Shown: in pieces, positions 30,194 to 42,954 of the stretch
How positions within the stretch are numbered: the stretch's first letter is position 1
Layout of the letters: each line of letters opens with the position of its first letter
Assembly: GCA_003971905.1 (NCBI GenBank)
Contig: RSEE01000015.1
Span: 682,001 to 746,000, forward strand
Source of the DNA: Moniliella sp. 'wahieum'
Lineage: Eukaryota
DNA: 64,000 bases
Direction: 5' to 3'
The notes under the pieces: model-generated
The model's input: only the letters and a program-made list of their open reading frames with translations
The model's database searches: none
Told to the model about the DNA's origin: nothing
Made by a program: the position numbers and the translations under genes

Positions 30194-30624
30194 TCAGAGG
30201 GTAGGCATTGGGATCGAACTCAAGTGTGCCCTCGCGCGCCTGTGGCGAATCCATTCTTGTCTTGCCAATTCAACTTGCTGTTCAACTTCCTGAACATGAT
30301 CAGCCCCCAATTTGGCCGCCACCTTGGTCTTGGCTTCCATGGGGAGCTGAGCAAGTCCTGCCTCCATGGCCAGAACGAGGGGGCTCTCGCATTTGGCCAA
30401 CTCGGCTCGTCCTTGGTCTCGCACCGCCTGCAGTGCCGCCTTGTACTCGTTGGTCAAATCCACCGAACGCGCTGCCACGTCCGCCCCGATCTTTTTCTGT
30501 CACGCGCGCATTTTTCCTCTGTTGCAGCCCACTCGCTTGGCGTCACCCCCGTCCGCTTGAAATGGGCGGGAAGCTGGGCCTGGGCGGCACGTTTTGCACA
30601 CACGGCTGCGGACTTTGTATAAGA
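30194..30624 (-). pseudogene. Helical-protein ORF fragment cut at its 5' side by the Helitron-like end
   Basis: SYTKSAAVCAKRAAQAQL...AARSVDLTNEYKAALQAVRDQGRAELAK...QQVELARQEW; coding-like composition, no own start codon before the repeat boundary. Confidence 0.35.
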
Positions 30625-30832
30625 AACGAGGAGACCACCGGGCCTACGGCCCGGCCTGCTGTGTCGCCACCTTTGCCACCGTTCCCCCGTCGCCACCGTA
30701 GCCACCGTTCCCCCGGACCACCGTTCCATCCCGTCGCCACCGTAGCCACCGTTCCACGCTGGAGCCCTTCCACGCTGGAGAGGGCAAATAATATCACCGA
30801 TACTCTGGCTGCGGATGGCTGGGAACGTGGCA
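30625..30832 (-). mobile_element. Helitron/Helentron-like 3' terminus with internal minisatellite (copy A)
   Basis: Hairpin CCGGGCC-TAC-GGCCCGG (30638-30654) 7 nt from terminal CTCG|TT on the minus strand; GCCACCGTT(CCCC)-type repeats; reverse complement of 57015-57245. Confidence 0.6.
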
Positions 30833-30839
30833 CCGGTCG

Positions 30840-33097
30840 GCACGTGCCTATGACGTAAAAGTGTGCACGAATGACCCCGCCGATCTTGGTACCGCCGGGC
30901 ACCACCCTCACCGACACGACGGACAGTGACCGCATCGTGGTGGACTTGGACGAAATCGACTTTGTTGCTTTGATTGCCACATTCAGAATCGACGTTGGGG
31001 CAGGTCTATCCGGGTGGACCCAGCCCCTCCTAAGAACGGCCCTTGAAAGCAAGCGCTTCGTCGCCTTTCTCATCGCCCTCACCAAGAGTATTTACCACGG
31101 CACTGCCCCAGGACGCGAGCTCCTGTTGGCCTCCCGCCTTACCCCCCTGGAGAAGGCATCGGGCGGCATCCGCCCCATCGCCTGTGGGGAGCTGATCTAC
31201 CGCCTATGCGCCAAAGGCATCGCTCGAGCGATCTCCCCCAACAGCTGGCTTCTCCCACCCAGTTGGGAGTAGCATCGCAAAATGGGGTGGAGCCTATCGT
31301 ACGGATGGTCGAGCGCATGACAGCGCCAGGCGGGGAGAACGATGCGGAACTGGGCGACTTCAGCCACGTCGCCATGCTCGACTTTACCAACGCCTTCAAC
31401 ACTGTGCGCCGTCGCACACTCGCCAAGGCGCTCCATGCCTACGCCCCCCATCTCCTCACCTTGGGCCGATGGATCTATGGTTCCCCCACCCAGCTTTGGG
31501 TCGCGTCGGGCGGAAATGAGACCAGCGTCCTGTCGGCAGAGGGCGTACGGCAGGGCGACCCCCTCGCCCCCTTTTTCTTCTCCATCGCAGTGCGGCCCAC
31601 GCTAGAGAAGTTGAGCATTGCTCTGCCGCCGGGACACCTGGTGATGGCATACCTGGACGACATCACGATTTTCGGTCCAGAGCCAGGCATTACCGGCCTA
31701 GCCGCGGAGATTTTGGAAGACGACGCGTCAGGCCTCAAGCTCAACCTGCGCAAGTGTGTCGAGCGGGACCGGGATCAGATTCGGGAGGATGGTCTGCAGG
31801 TTCTGGGCACTTGTGTGGGAGGGGTAGACTGTCGTCGATCGTGGCTCCGGGCCCAACTGGCCGGTCTGAGGGAGAACATGCCTAAGTTTGATGGCATCAC
31901 CCGCCAGGGCCCTCTTACTATGGCGGCTCAGCACTCAGACCAAGCTGCGCCACCTGCTCCGCACCATGCAGATGGAAGGAGAGCTCGACGACGTGCTGGC
32001 CGAGATTGATGCCTTCATCTGTACGGAGTTCAGACGGATCCGGGGCGACGAGGATCCCCAAGGTGCCAAGGACGACCACTTCGACATGCTCATGAGCCTG
32101 CCTCTCCGGCTGGGAGGATGTGGCAGCCCGCTTTACTCGTATATCGCGCCCCACGCCCGTGCCGCGGCCAACGAGGTCAACGACTATCTTATTACCACTT
32201 ATGTTGACCGTTCGGGACCGCAAACGGCAAGGGCCAACGCATTTACAAAGCAACGCCAGCGCTGCCGCGAGATGTGGGAGCAAAGTCGACAGGAGCTGCT
32301 CCAGAAGCTGGACGCTGCCGATGGTCGCCATGTGGTTGAGCACAGCAACCCGCTGAGCCACAACTGGCTCTCCGCCATTCCATCCGTCCCGTACCTCAAG
32401 CTCTCTGACCAGCAGGTCCAGGTTGGTCTCCAGCTCCGGACGCTGTGCCGCACCACGCGCAGCATGTGCAAGTGTGGCGTCATGTCCTCGCTGGAACACA
32501 TCATGTCCTGCACCCGCACCCAGGCCAAGTTTGGTGCGTTGCATGAGGCATGCGGGAGCCCATTCTCCAGCTCCTGCGCTCCATCCCCGACACCCACGTC
32601 CACAACGAACCTATGGTGGAGGAAGAGGATGGGACGAGGCGCGGACGGAAGGCACAGCGCACCGACTACCGCGTGATGGGGCCCGGAGCACTGGGAGGAA
32701 CCGGAATGAGGTAGACCATACGCTGCGCGACACGGGATCGCAGGAGCGCAGAGCGCGTACCGGCGGGTGGTGCATGAGAGCACTGCGTCGCCTTTGGAAC
32801 GCCGGGAGAAGGAACTGCTTCGGCTGCTTGAACAAGCAGAATGCGACAAGAACGCCAAGTACCAGGGACGCACTCAAGAAACGTTTTTCCCCCTGGTTTT
32901 GACGACGCGAGGATACTACGGCACCAAGACGGCGGGCAAGTTGTTTGCGCATTGGAAGGAGTTGGCTACTAAGTCTCAGTGGAAATGGTTCCTCGCTCGG
33001 ATGTCAACCACGTTCCTCCGTGTCCACACGCGCTTCCTAGGGTACGGGACGGATGGCGAGAGCCGGAGGGTCCTGATATCCTGGCGATCCCCCTGGT
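30840..33097 (+). mobile_element. CRE-clade non-LTR retrotransposon (RT + CCHC knuckle + restriction-like endonuclease), 5'-truncated, frameshifted
   Basis: GLSGWT, RLTPLEKASGGIRPIACGELIYR, QLGV, LDFTNAFNTVRR, GVRQGDPLAPFFF, YLDD, LPLRLGGCG, WLSAIP, CKCG..EHIMSC, RTDYRV..EVDHT, K..KY, FFPLVLTTRG. Confidence 0.88.
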
Positions 33098-33459
33098 TCC
33101 TTGACCTTAGTGGCGCTTCCAAGTAACCCCCGCAAGATGAACGGTTCGGTTTAGACGTAGCGTTCCCCTGTCCCAGCCTTAAGCTCTGTCAATGGAATGC
33201 ACACAACATAGAGATTTCCATGTTCTGGCTCCTCGGGTTTAAAGCACGTTGTTTTCCTATAGGGTGATGCAATCGCACTGGTGGTGGTGGTGGTCTGAGC
33301 CAACCAGCAACACCTACAAAGGAACAGCAAGCAGCGAGTCGCCACCAGGGGCTAAGCTGCGGAACAAGGAAAAACAGGAGAGAGAAAACAACAGAACTCC
33401 CAGGCCTGAGGAGGAGCTGAAGGGACATTAACCAAAGCACGAGCCACCCGATGGCTCAA
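33098..33459 (+). repeat. Dispersed repeat family R, copy 1
   Basis: CCAAGTAACCCCCGCAAGATGAACGGTTCGGTTTAGACGTAGCGTTCCCCTGTCCCAGCC shared with 52065-52180 and 53260-53697; distal block GGGTGATGCAATCGCACTGG...GATGGCTCAA shared with 53506-53697. Confidence 0.85.
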
Positions 33460-35003
33460 CATGAACTGTCTGTCCCCGTTTACCTATTTCTCCCCATGCC
33501 AGGCAGTATGCGGGTCTTATTTTGCAGGGCTGTGCGCTCGCTGAGCGCCCAGCCGGAGCCCGAAGGCTGAGGTTACCGTACGGCTACCAATGATCGGTGA
33601 CCAGTTAACGTTTAACGTACTTTACATGCTTCGTGCGAGCGACCCTGCCCGCACGGGCTTCAGCCGCCTCACGTCGCAGGGCAGCACAGCATGCTCTCCA
33701 GCACCATGCTTCTGTTTTGGGGGTGATGCATGATGCAGGATGATCGCTGAAACAGCGGCCCCAGCCCTCAATTTGAGGTGTACAGTCAATTCACGCTCCG
33801 CAAATCTCAGCTCGATCGACCCCTGGGAATCCGACCCCTGGTGGGGAAGCGACCACACAGCTGCATCCCTTTTAGGCGAACTGCATGCCCCCGCCCACCA
33901 CCTTTCCCGCCATCATCTTTCTCTTGAGCCAGTACTGCCACTCTACAATGCCTCCCTCCCGCACCACCAGGACGTCCCAGGCATCTCGGACCAACAACGC
34001 TGCTCGCCCGAGGGACACCCGACGTATCAACCCTGAGCCGGAGCCCGTGGTGGGGACTGCTTTCGAAGGTGACGAACGTCCCTGAAGAACCATCTGGTGG
34101 CACCAGTGGGGTCAACAGCGATTCCGACGGCGACTCCGACAGCGCAGAGGGAAGAAAGGAGTACGAACCGAGAGTTACGTTGTTGTCCCTCCTCCCCCCC
34201 CTGATTCCCGTGTTTGTTCGAGAAATGATTATGCGGGGTCAATCGAACTAGCACACGACGACGACGAACAACGATGAAGATGCGCTGGATCTTGACGCTG
34301 ACACCTTTAACCCCCGCACAATGAACGCTGACGAAGAGGGTTTCGTTAATCAGGACGAATTTGCTGGCTTTCCCGCTCTTATCGCATCGGTGGTCAAGGT
34401 GAGGCTGGCTGGGGCATTGGTGGCGCAGGTGGTGCCAGTGGCGGCTTTCAGGGAGGAAAATCTATGCGAGATCAAGACTCTTCGAGTGCTCTTTTTGTCA
34501 AACAATGCGAAGCAGGAATCGCTGGCCAGCAGCTTTCCCATGTCCAACCCACCCCAGTATTTCGATCGTTTGCTGGATCACAAAAAGGTCAGGACCATCA
34601 GCTCTCGCTGCGCACCCCAGGATTACCTTGTACTGTACTGACATTTTCTCTTTGTATGAAGGGATCGCCACCGACGGAAATGGTACAAAGGGGCGTGGGA
34701 TGGGTGTGTCTGCACCCCGAGAGCAGGATCGGCTAACAACAAGGATTTAAGTTCTGGTTTTCCGTCGGCAACAGGCTTGTTCCCCTCGAGGTTTCGAAGA
34801 GGTCAATTTTGACCCGGGACACCTGGCCCATATGCGACAAAAAGTTTGTCCAAGTTCTGTTGACGGTTCCTGAAGCCGACTTGGTCGACCATGCGTCGTC
34901 GCATTTTCGATTTATTGGCGGTACGTTTCTATGCTTACACTGGTTATTACTTGCCCCTAACCTGACCCATTGCTGTGGAGGAGAAGGTGGCCACACGAAA
35001 GAT

Positions 35004-35089
35004 GGTGGATGTGTGGTCCTGGCTGCTGAAGGGGCATCAGGTTTGAGGTGGATGTGTGGTCCTGGCTGCTGAAGGGGCATCAGGTTTGA
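35004..35089. repeat. Perfect 43-bp tandem duplication
   Basis: GGTGGATGTGTGGTCCTGGCTGCTGAAGGGGCATCAGGTTTGA x2. Confidence 0.9.
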
Positions 35090-35164
35090 AGCAACGTTTA
35101 AGGCCGCGACGGCGAAAGTTGATGTGGCCGCAGGTCAGAATGGACACGCTAACCCACCCAAAAG

Positions 35165-35351
35165 ATACCTAAAAAATGCATTTGATCGAACGAAAAAACC
35201 CACTTGGAACACTTGGAATAGGAACCAGTTGTCGCGGCCCCTATAACGTGGGAATATATACCTAAAAATGCATTTGAACGAACTGGAAAAAATCCCATTT
35301 GGAACACTTGGAATAGGAACCACTTGTCGCGGCCCCTATAACGTGGGAATA
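35165..35351. repeat. Imperfect ~93-bp tandem duplication
   Basis: ATACCTAAAAATGCATTTGA...TTGGAACACTTGGAATAGGAACCA.TTGTCGCGGCCCCTATAACGTGGGAATA x2. Confidence 0.85.
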
Positions 35352-36799
35352 GAGAGTGGTGTGGATTCTTAGATTCAACAACAGAAACGAATTTCGCAGG
35401 TATACCCTAGCGCAAATGCACAAGGTTAAATTAAGCATTCTATTATAGAGAGAATGGAAAAATGGCGCTCACGCTACCGTGATCATACGTGGCTTTAAAG
35501 CTACGTGGGCCGGGAACTCGGGTTTATCCTAAGAAAACCCCGCAGCCGTGCACGGTACATCTTGTACCAATTTCGTGCATCTGTGGACGTGTTCATCATA
35601 TTCTGTAACACGTCAAACGACTCGATCTCAGTGCCGAAATGTTCATTGAACGCTGCCACGGCGGCGATACGTTTGGCATTGACGCCTGGCGGCGGTCCCC
35701 TTCCGTGTGGCTCCATCACCGGGGGCAGCGACGGCGCGGTAGAACTGTCGACGCCGCTCCGATCGATACTGCCCCTACCGACGATGCGGCGAACCGGACA
35801 TCAAAGAGTTCTGCGTTGAAGATCCGGAAGAGACCACGGATCGATTAGATGGGGGGGCTGTGACCCAAGAACACGGTGGGAAGTGGTCGAGGTGGACTGA
35901 GAAGAGACAGGGTCGACACCTTGGCTGCTGTGGGAAGAGCTGGCTGAAGTTTGTGCCTGACGACTCGAGAGGGAAAACGAGGATGCATGCTCTGTCTCTT
36001 TCTCATCGACCTGCATGTCGCGAAGCTTATTATCCAAGGGAAACTCAAGAGGACCTTCGTCCATTTTGGCGTTGGACTTGGACGAGAAGGAAAAGGGCAT
36101 TGGTGGACCTCTCTGCTGGTAGTGATTGGTATATGGCCCTCTAGACTGCGCAATATATACTATGACTGACGATGCAACGCTTCCCCTCTCTTGGGTGGGA
36201 CCTCCTATCGACGGTGGGCTTCATCTCTCTCTATCAATCGTTATACGATTGTCTGATGGCCGGACATCGGTGACCCCTCTCCCTCCCAGTTCGCCTTGTA
36301 CACTCTCGTATCTACAGTGTTTTCTTCCCCCACCGTTGGCATGCTCCGCACCATATGACCACACCGCGGGGCTTGCTTATGTCGCTCATCAAAGGCGTAT
36401 GTGTACGTTCGTGGAGAGAAGTACTGTTTGTAAATGATGATGCGTCGTCATGACGCGCCGAATGAGTCACAAGGCCGCAGCAGCATGGAGCTGGCAGGGC
36501 AGGGCTGCGACGTGGCGGTGGTGATTGATGGCTTACCTATAGTATTACTAGCAGCTGGCGCCGTGGCCGCAGGCGCGGGGCTACGCAGCGCCTGTGGGCC
36601 GAGTTGATTTTATTTCCTGCCGCATCATATTGTTTCCTCGCCCTCCCTTCCTCACTCAGGACCGGTGCTGCCTGTCTCCTCGCCACTTCCACGCTCGCTC
36701 GTCTCTACTCTCGGCTCGTCATGCGTGGCCTTGTTCCCGTAGCGTCATGCTTGCGATGGATGAGCCCTCTAGTCGAGAACGATGAAAAAAGCGCGTCGG

Positions 36800-37892
36800 A
36801 GAAAGGGTGCTCTACCCACGGCGCAACAGTAGGGTATATATGCAGCACCGGAGGTTAGCGACGAGGCTTTGTTTTATATGCGTCGCAGTCGAAATTGCGG
36901 GCGTCGCAGTCGGGGACGTCGCAGCCTCGCAACATTATCCCGATCATTCATCATCTCTGATCTCTGCCCTCCCCCCCCGACAGGTCAAAAGACGGCCGGA
37001 TGCTGGTACTTTTGTCATTCCCACCCCACCCCACTCACCAATCCCACCCTCACCCTCATCAAAGCAGCATGACCGACACTACGTCTCCCGACTACCTCCC
37101 CACCCGTCATCACGACAGATACAGAAGAGGCACGCATGTCACCATACCAGTGTACTAGCTGGGCCACCAAGCGCGGGTTGGCAGCTGCTGCCGGGTCAAG
37201 GCTCTCGGTCTCCTCGCTTCAATCATTGGATCATCACCCTTCTTCGCAGAGGCACCCGCCCTCGGGACGTTTTCTGTAGCAGCGCTTATGCTCGGCTTGC
37301 TTCGGACGGTAGCCATGTTGCACTCCAGTCTGAGCCGTAATCCCTTGCCCTGCATGCGCGCTGCCAATGGATTTATCAAAGTGGTGATTTTGTCCACCTT
37401 ATTCGAGGTTGTCATTGGTGCGTATCCCTTCCCCTCATCCGATCCAGATTCTGACCGGTTTCTACATAATAGTCATCTGTGGCTGGCTAATCGTCGCCTT
37501 GGTTGCCCGTTCGAAACGTGCGTGTTGTTCCCGTTTGATCCCGCGCCCTACTAACTCGTTAATTGGTAGCCTTGAGTCCCGAAGCGGGAAGATGTGCAGC
37601 CATGGTAAGCATATGGTATTGTGCCTCACTGATGCTGGTGGACTGGACACTCGTGCTATCATTCCGTGCATTTGATCCGGCAGGATCACAAGAAGGAGCC
37701 CATGCCCTGCACCCCATGGAGCAGAACGACCCGGAAGCCGCGCCCGAGAGCGAGCCGTTGCTGGATGCGGATGTAGAAGCTCATGACGTGGATGTACTAG
37801 AAGCTCATGCGGATGAGCCAGGATCGAGTTCTGCTCCGCCTCCATATGCAGGGTCGTACGAAGAAACCTCTTCTCCGCCATCCAAGGTCTGA
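36800..37892 (+). CDS. Possible multi-exon membrane protein with acidic C-tail and PPPY motif (5' structure unresolved)
   Basis: Hydrophobic segments in several frames; terminal exon LVDWTLVLSFRAFD...EPLLDAD...SAPPPYAGSYEETSSPPSKV*. Confidence 0.3.
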
Positions 37893-39515
37893 GGGTGCCG
37901 TTGCTTCACGGAGTTGTCCCTTTTTGTCTTGCTCTCTGAACCTTTTTATATGTAATCAATGCACTGCAAAAGATTTCTGATGAGCCAGGGGTTCGAGTCA
38001 TTTACCTCCTCAGCTATGCTAGCTTGGCCCTCTTCCCGAGGCAGATGAGCGAGATGGGCGAGCCGTCGGAGCGTCCAGACTCTTGCGTGTTTTGGATCGA
38101 GACTGTACATAAGAAACTGGCTCTTAGTGCGCCCCGATGCTTTTGGCGGTTTTTGAGTCGCATTCCGCTTCTCTAACAGTCGATGTAGCTCCTCCTCTTA
38201 GCATTCCATAATAGGTGTTGCTGTCTGGGGCTCCCTTCCATACGAAAACGGGCCTCCCTTCTAGTTCTCAAGTCTCTCGAGGTGTGGGGCCCTGGTCCAC
38301 CTCCATTTCAAATCCTCCACTCCTGTTCCTCTCTCACTCGGGGTAGTCCGTAGTACCTGGCCCAGTTCCCCCACGGGGTTTCCTCTTTTTTTTCCACAGC
38401 CGGCTCATCGATGAGAGAAGATATGGGTGCCCCGGATTGGGGACGCACACGCTCACGGATCGACTCCCGCACGGCCTCGTACGTGTCCCCGACACATTCC
38501 TACTCCCCTATTAATGGTGTGTATGCCTTCATCGATCTTCACCCCATCATTCAGTATATTAAAACACGTATCATTCCGTGGTCGTGTGGCATGGAAAACC
38601 CTGTGTGAGCCTTTTAGAGTAGGCAATATCATACACGGTGGTGTTGCCTCTTTGTCCCAGCAGAGCTGGTGCTCGCGGTGGCAACTTGGTGCCCATCATA
38701 TTGAGTGTCGGAGTGGCTCGAGTGACGCACAGGGAGGCACTGGTTTATGCCAACAAGCAATGATGAGATATGAAATGGTCAGCTTGTGTGCACACCTTCA
38801 TTGAGATGAACAGGGGTGTGATCATGGCCATCATGCACGCATGCCTACCAGAGGGTACGGTGCGTTGGTTCAGGACGGGTTCGCAGTCGTGGGACAAACA
38901 GGAAGTGAAAAAAAAACTTGAAGTTGGCGAGCAGGTAGTAGGTAGTAGGTGTGTATTTACAAGTGCATGGATAAAGTACGAGGCTATTGACCTGAATCCA
39001 GATGAATGAGGCAATGTGAGGAAACTGTTGGGGAGATCCATGCAGTTCGGGGGGGGGAAGAGCGAGGTATGAATTCATACGAAATGTGAGATACAGAGGC
39101 GAGGCGAACAAAGTGCGAAACGTCGGATCGCGCGGGGAGAGGGGGAACGAAAAGGCGGGCACACTCCACAATAGTAGGGTCCTTTCACCACGAGAGAGTA
39201 AATCATTTTACTAACACAGTGCTGCTGGCAGAACGGAGGTGGGAGGAAAGGGGGGGGGGGGCAGAAACAACGAGACCAGTGTCGCATCTTGGTGGCTTCT
39301 TTTGGCTTGACCATCATCCAACAGCGGCGTCATTGACAACATGGTCCTCCCCAGCTGAGGCCGAAGTCTTGGTAAGAGCCCTTACCCCTCAGAGAGCTTA
39401 CCCGGTAAGCCTGAAGCACCAAAGAAACCCGGAGAAGCGACCCACTCCAGCCATCTTGTTTTTCTCTGTGGTTGTGTCGGCTAGGCCCGGCGCATCACTA
39501 TCAACCGTCCACAGC

Positions 39516-42500
39516 TCACCCCCGCGTTTGCCCCGGTCGAGGCCCGATGGCTAGGAGCAAACGCGAGACTGTTGGAGCGGGAGGTATAGGCAGCAGTAGA
39601 AAGTAAACTTCCGAACGAGATGCTAACATGTCCGAGGATGGGAGTAGCGCCGCATCGCCCGACGAAGCTGATCCCGCTGAGGCCGAACTCCGGCCCCGCT
39701 CATTGTCGGTTAGTGTCCAAAAAGAACCGGAACCGGAACCCTTCTTTCCCCAGTCATGCTCGCGTTCGCGCTTTCCCGACAACGTCCCCGGTCGTGTCTG
39801 TTCTGGGGATGGTAGCGCTGCAACGCGATGAGTCATGAGCAATCTTGGAGCTCCCGCTCACTCATCTCGGACGACGAAGATGAGGTGGGACCATGAGCCT
39901 CGTCCGCCTTGGGATTCGAATTGGACTTGGGCTTGGACTTGGACTTGGGACCGGTGCCGCTGCGGCGACGGGCGTAGGCTGTTTGGACATCGTGGCGCAA
40001 CCGTTTGTTGTGCAAACGTAGCTGCTGCAGCTCGTAGGCCCAACTGGAGGAACAGTGGGTTTCAAACTCGGGGAATACCGTCGCTGCTTCTCGGGGCCGG
40101 CCCACTCCTCGTTTCGATCGCTGGTATGGGCAAGATTGTGTCGGGGCTGACTGTCGTGTCGTTGGGGGCTGAGGATGGGCTCGACGGATATGCACCCAGG
40201 TACTTGCAACCCATCAGTCCCGCTAGGAACAGCGGGGTACACCTGGGACAGCACTTCCACCGGCTCCCGTCCCGATCGCGAAGGATGTGTCGGACCAGCG
40301 CTTTGGCTTGTCCAGCCAGAGCGTGGATCAAGGTGTCGGCAGCGGAGGGAGGGGGGCGCCAAGTCCTTGATCGACCGTCCCACCAATGGGACGACGTGAT
40401 GCCTAAAATGTGCACCACGGGTGCCGTCGCAGCAAGAAACAGGACCAGTGTAGAGAGAGACGGGCCCAGAAACCAGGCTGGGGGTGGCCGCACTCCAAGA
40501 CACGACGCGAGGCGCCACGTGGTAGATTTGCTGCGGTCGCGCTGAAAGGACGACCACCTTGCGGCCCTTGCCATGTTCAAGATGCAACCGGCCGACTGAC
40601 TCAATCCATCGATGATCGGTCGAGTGGTTTATCTTCATCCGGAACAAAAGATGAACTTTAGGTCCAGAGGTGGTCGTCGCACGAACTGAGCCTGCCTTGG
40701 GGGCTGATCGCCCTCCCGGCATGCCAGGATCGCTGTCCGCCTCACCTTCTACCCCAATGGAGGGAGGGGTTGTTTGGAACAGGATCATGGCTGTGGTGGC
40801 GCAACGCTTCGTTGATGGCGGCGGTGGAGGTAGAATTTAAGCTGACGAAAGACGGGAACAACGTCGGCAGGGTGTATAAAGTTGCCGAGGAACTTGCCGC
40901 TCAATTGCGAAGAGTTCCATCCCGTCATCTTCTCCACGTTGGGAGACACGTAGAGCAAGATCCCTTTAAGCGACAAGACAAAGATGGCGTCTGGGTTGTT
41001 TGCCAACACCAGCCGGGCCCAGTCAGAGAGTCGCGTACCCACGGGTTCCGCGTCACTGCTATCGCTTTCCGCGCTGGACGGGTACAGAGATTGCATAACG
41101 GCGCGCGCATTGGCCATCGTGGATCGGTTGGTAGCTGCTTGGACCAGGGGTGACTGTACTCTCCATCTCTTCACCCATCACCTTTGGTGAAACAGGAGCT
41201 GGGGTCATTTCCAGTTCTGAAGAAGGGGGGTGAACTGGGGCTGTCGGGACTGTCGCCTGCATCGCTTGGGCAGGCGTTTCGGCATGAATCGGTTGAGAAG
41301 CAAGGCGTACTTGGAAACCAACGACATACCGGACCGACGGATCCTCCCCCCACGAAATAGGTACCAGCGAGACCAAATTGAGAAACGGCTGGCCATCTTT
41401 TCGGTAGTTGATCAAGCTCGCTTGGCACTCTTGAAGTTTGCTCAAGTGGGAAGAAAGGTGGGCTACAGCACCCGAGTCGGTTGAAGTGCGGACGTCGCCC
41501 TGTTTTACCGACTGGCCTGGTGGGGCTTGCAAAAACCGACAGTTGCGGCCCACCACATCCCGATGTTCGTACCCCGTGAGATGGAGAAACGAATCGCTGC
41601 AGTACACAAGGGGCATATCGGGAAGAGACACATCTGCCACGGCAAACGCCGCCGAGAGGTTCCGGTCCCAACTGGATGACGGGGTTGGGGCGCGAAGCAA
41701 CGCGAAGCAAAGCGGAGAGCATGTCAAAGCCCATCGAGTTGATTGCCGATGTTGACGCTCCGCCGGTCAGGGGACGAGGAATGGCAAAACTGGGGTCGGC
41801 AGCTTTAGTAACCGAGTGCAAGGGGGGTTGAAAGACTGCTGCCTTTTCTCCCGAAGGGAGAGTACTCAGGGGAGTAGACAACGACTGTGTGGCATCAGTA
41901 GAACCATCGGTGAGAGAAGTTATGTTGGTATGGCTAGTGCGAGTACTTAGACTCGGCCTTCGCGTCCAAGAAAACGCTGCTAGACCCGAATCCTGGCTAA
42001 TGGGGGATAGGGCCGACACCGGTCGTTCAAGATGGGAGGAGTCTGACTCGGCATACCGTTCAGGGTGTTGCGGAAGGCGGAACGGCTTCCCGAAACATGG
42101 GCAGGGCTGGTAGCATGGTCCGACCAAGGCTGGGCAACGTTCTCTGAAGGAGTAAAGAAACCCGACGAGCTAGAAGGTGTCACTCCAGTGTGCGGGCGCG
42201 TAGGCAAGGTGGAACGGCTTTGAAGGGATTGCCACAAGTTAGAGCGCGCCTCGCGTAGACGCGCCATCTTTCGCCGCTCTTGGAGGGTCAATTTGGGCTG
42301 TTCAGCAGCCACAGGAGTGCGAGACGAGGTGACCCTTTCATTGGAAGAAGCATGTGAGTTTCCATTCGTTGAGAGACTCAGGGACCCTTCGCGCAGCGCG
42401 CTAGCACCAGCATCAGACGAAGTAACCGGGCCGAAGGCCTCATAGGGAGCATGGAGAATCTTGGTGGCGTTGGAAGGGCAGGATCCATTGGAATTGACGT

Positions 42501-42954
42501 CATGCAAGTTGAGATGCGAGACATGATGGGCAAAAACGCGAGCATGGTACCCCAGTTCCGTATTTCCTGTCGATTCTAACTGGGGTGAAGGAAAAGGGTG
42601 AGAGGGGAATGCCTGGGAGGTTTCTTGGGTCGAAAGTTCCACTGATCCTGGCGCCTCGGGGGTGGGAAGAGAGCCAGACGTGATATTAAAGCTGGGGTAG
42701 GTGCGATTGGTCTGGGCTCCGTCGAAGGCAGAAGATGAAGCGAGGGAAGATTGGGTGAGTGCGATTGGTGATGACGGCGGGGGGCCCAGGTCAGGCACGG
42801 TAGGAAAGCGAGGAGCGGGTGGAGGATAGCGGGGCTGGCTGTCAACCTGGTAATCGTCCACATAAGAGGTGGCAGCGAGCAAGGACGAGACCTCCTCAGA
42901 GCTGAGAAGCTGAGACAGCTGCTGGGAAGACTGATGGCGGGGAAAGAAGCTCAT
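39516..42954 (-). CDS. WC-1: White collar-1 type blue-light photoreceptor (LOV + PAS domains, no recognisable GATA finger)
   Basis: GFDMLSALLRVASRPNPVIQLGP cap; LOV PLVYCSDSFLHLTGY..GRNCRFLQAP..LINYRKDGQPFLNLVSLVPI..VGFQV; PAS DAIFVLSLKGILLYVSP..HPADVVPVFRQLK; WIESVGRLHLEHGKGRK; SWAYELQQLR. Confidence 0.92.

Noticed and set aside
30660..30780. CRISPR-like array (also 57070-57205)
   Set aside because: Degenerate tandem minisatellite without unique spacers, eukaryotic context, no cas genes
36546..36580. Additional Helitron 3' end (CTAG plus GC-rich hairpin)
   Set aside because: Stem is bulged and weak and has no second copy
37980..38010. tRNA T-arm-like GGTTCGAGTC
   Set aside because: No acceptor stem or cloverleaf could be built; no tRNA or rRNA gene recognised in the window
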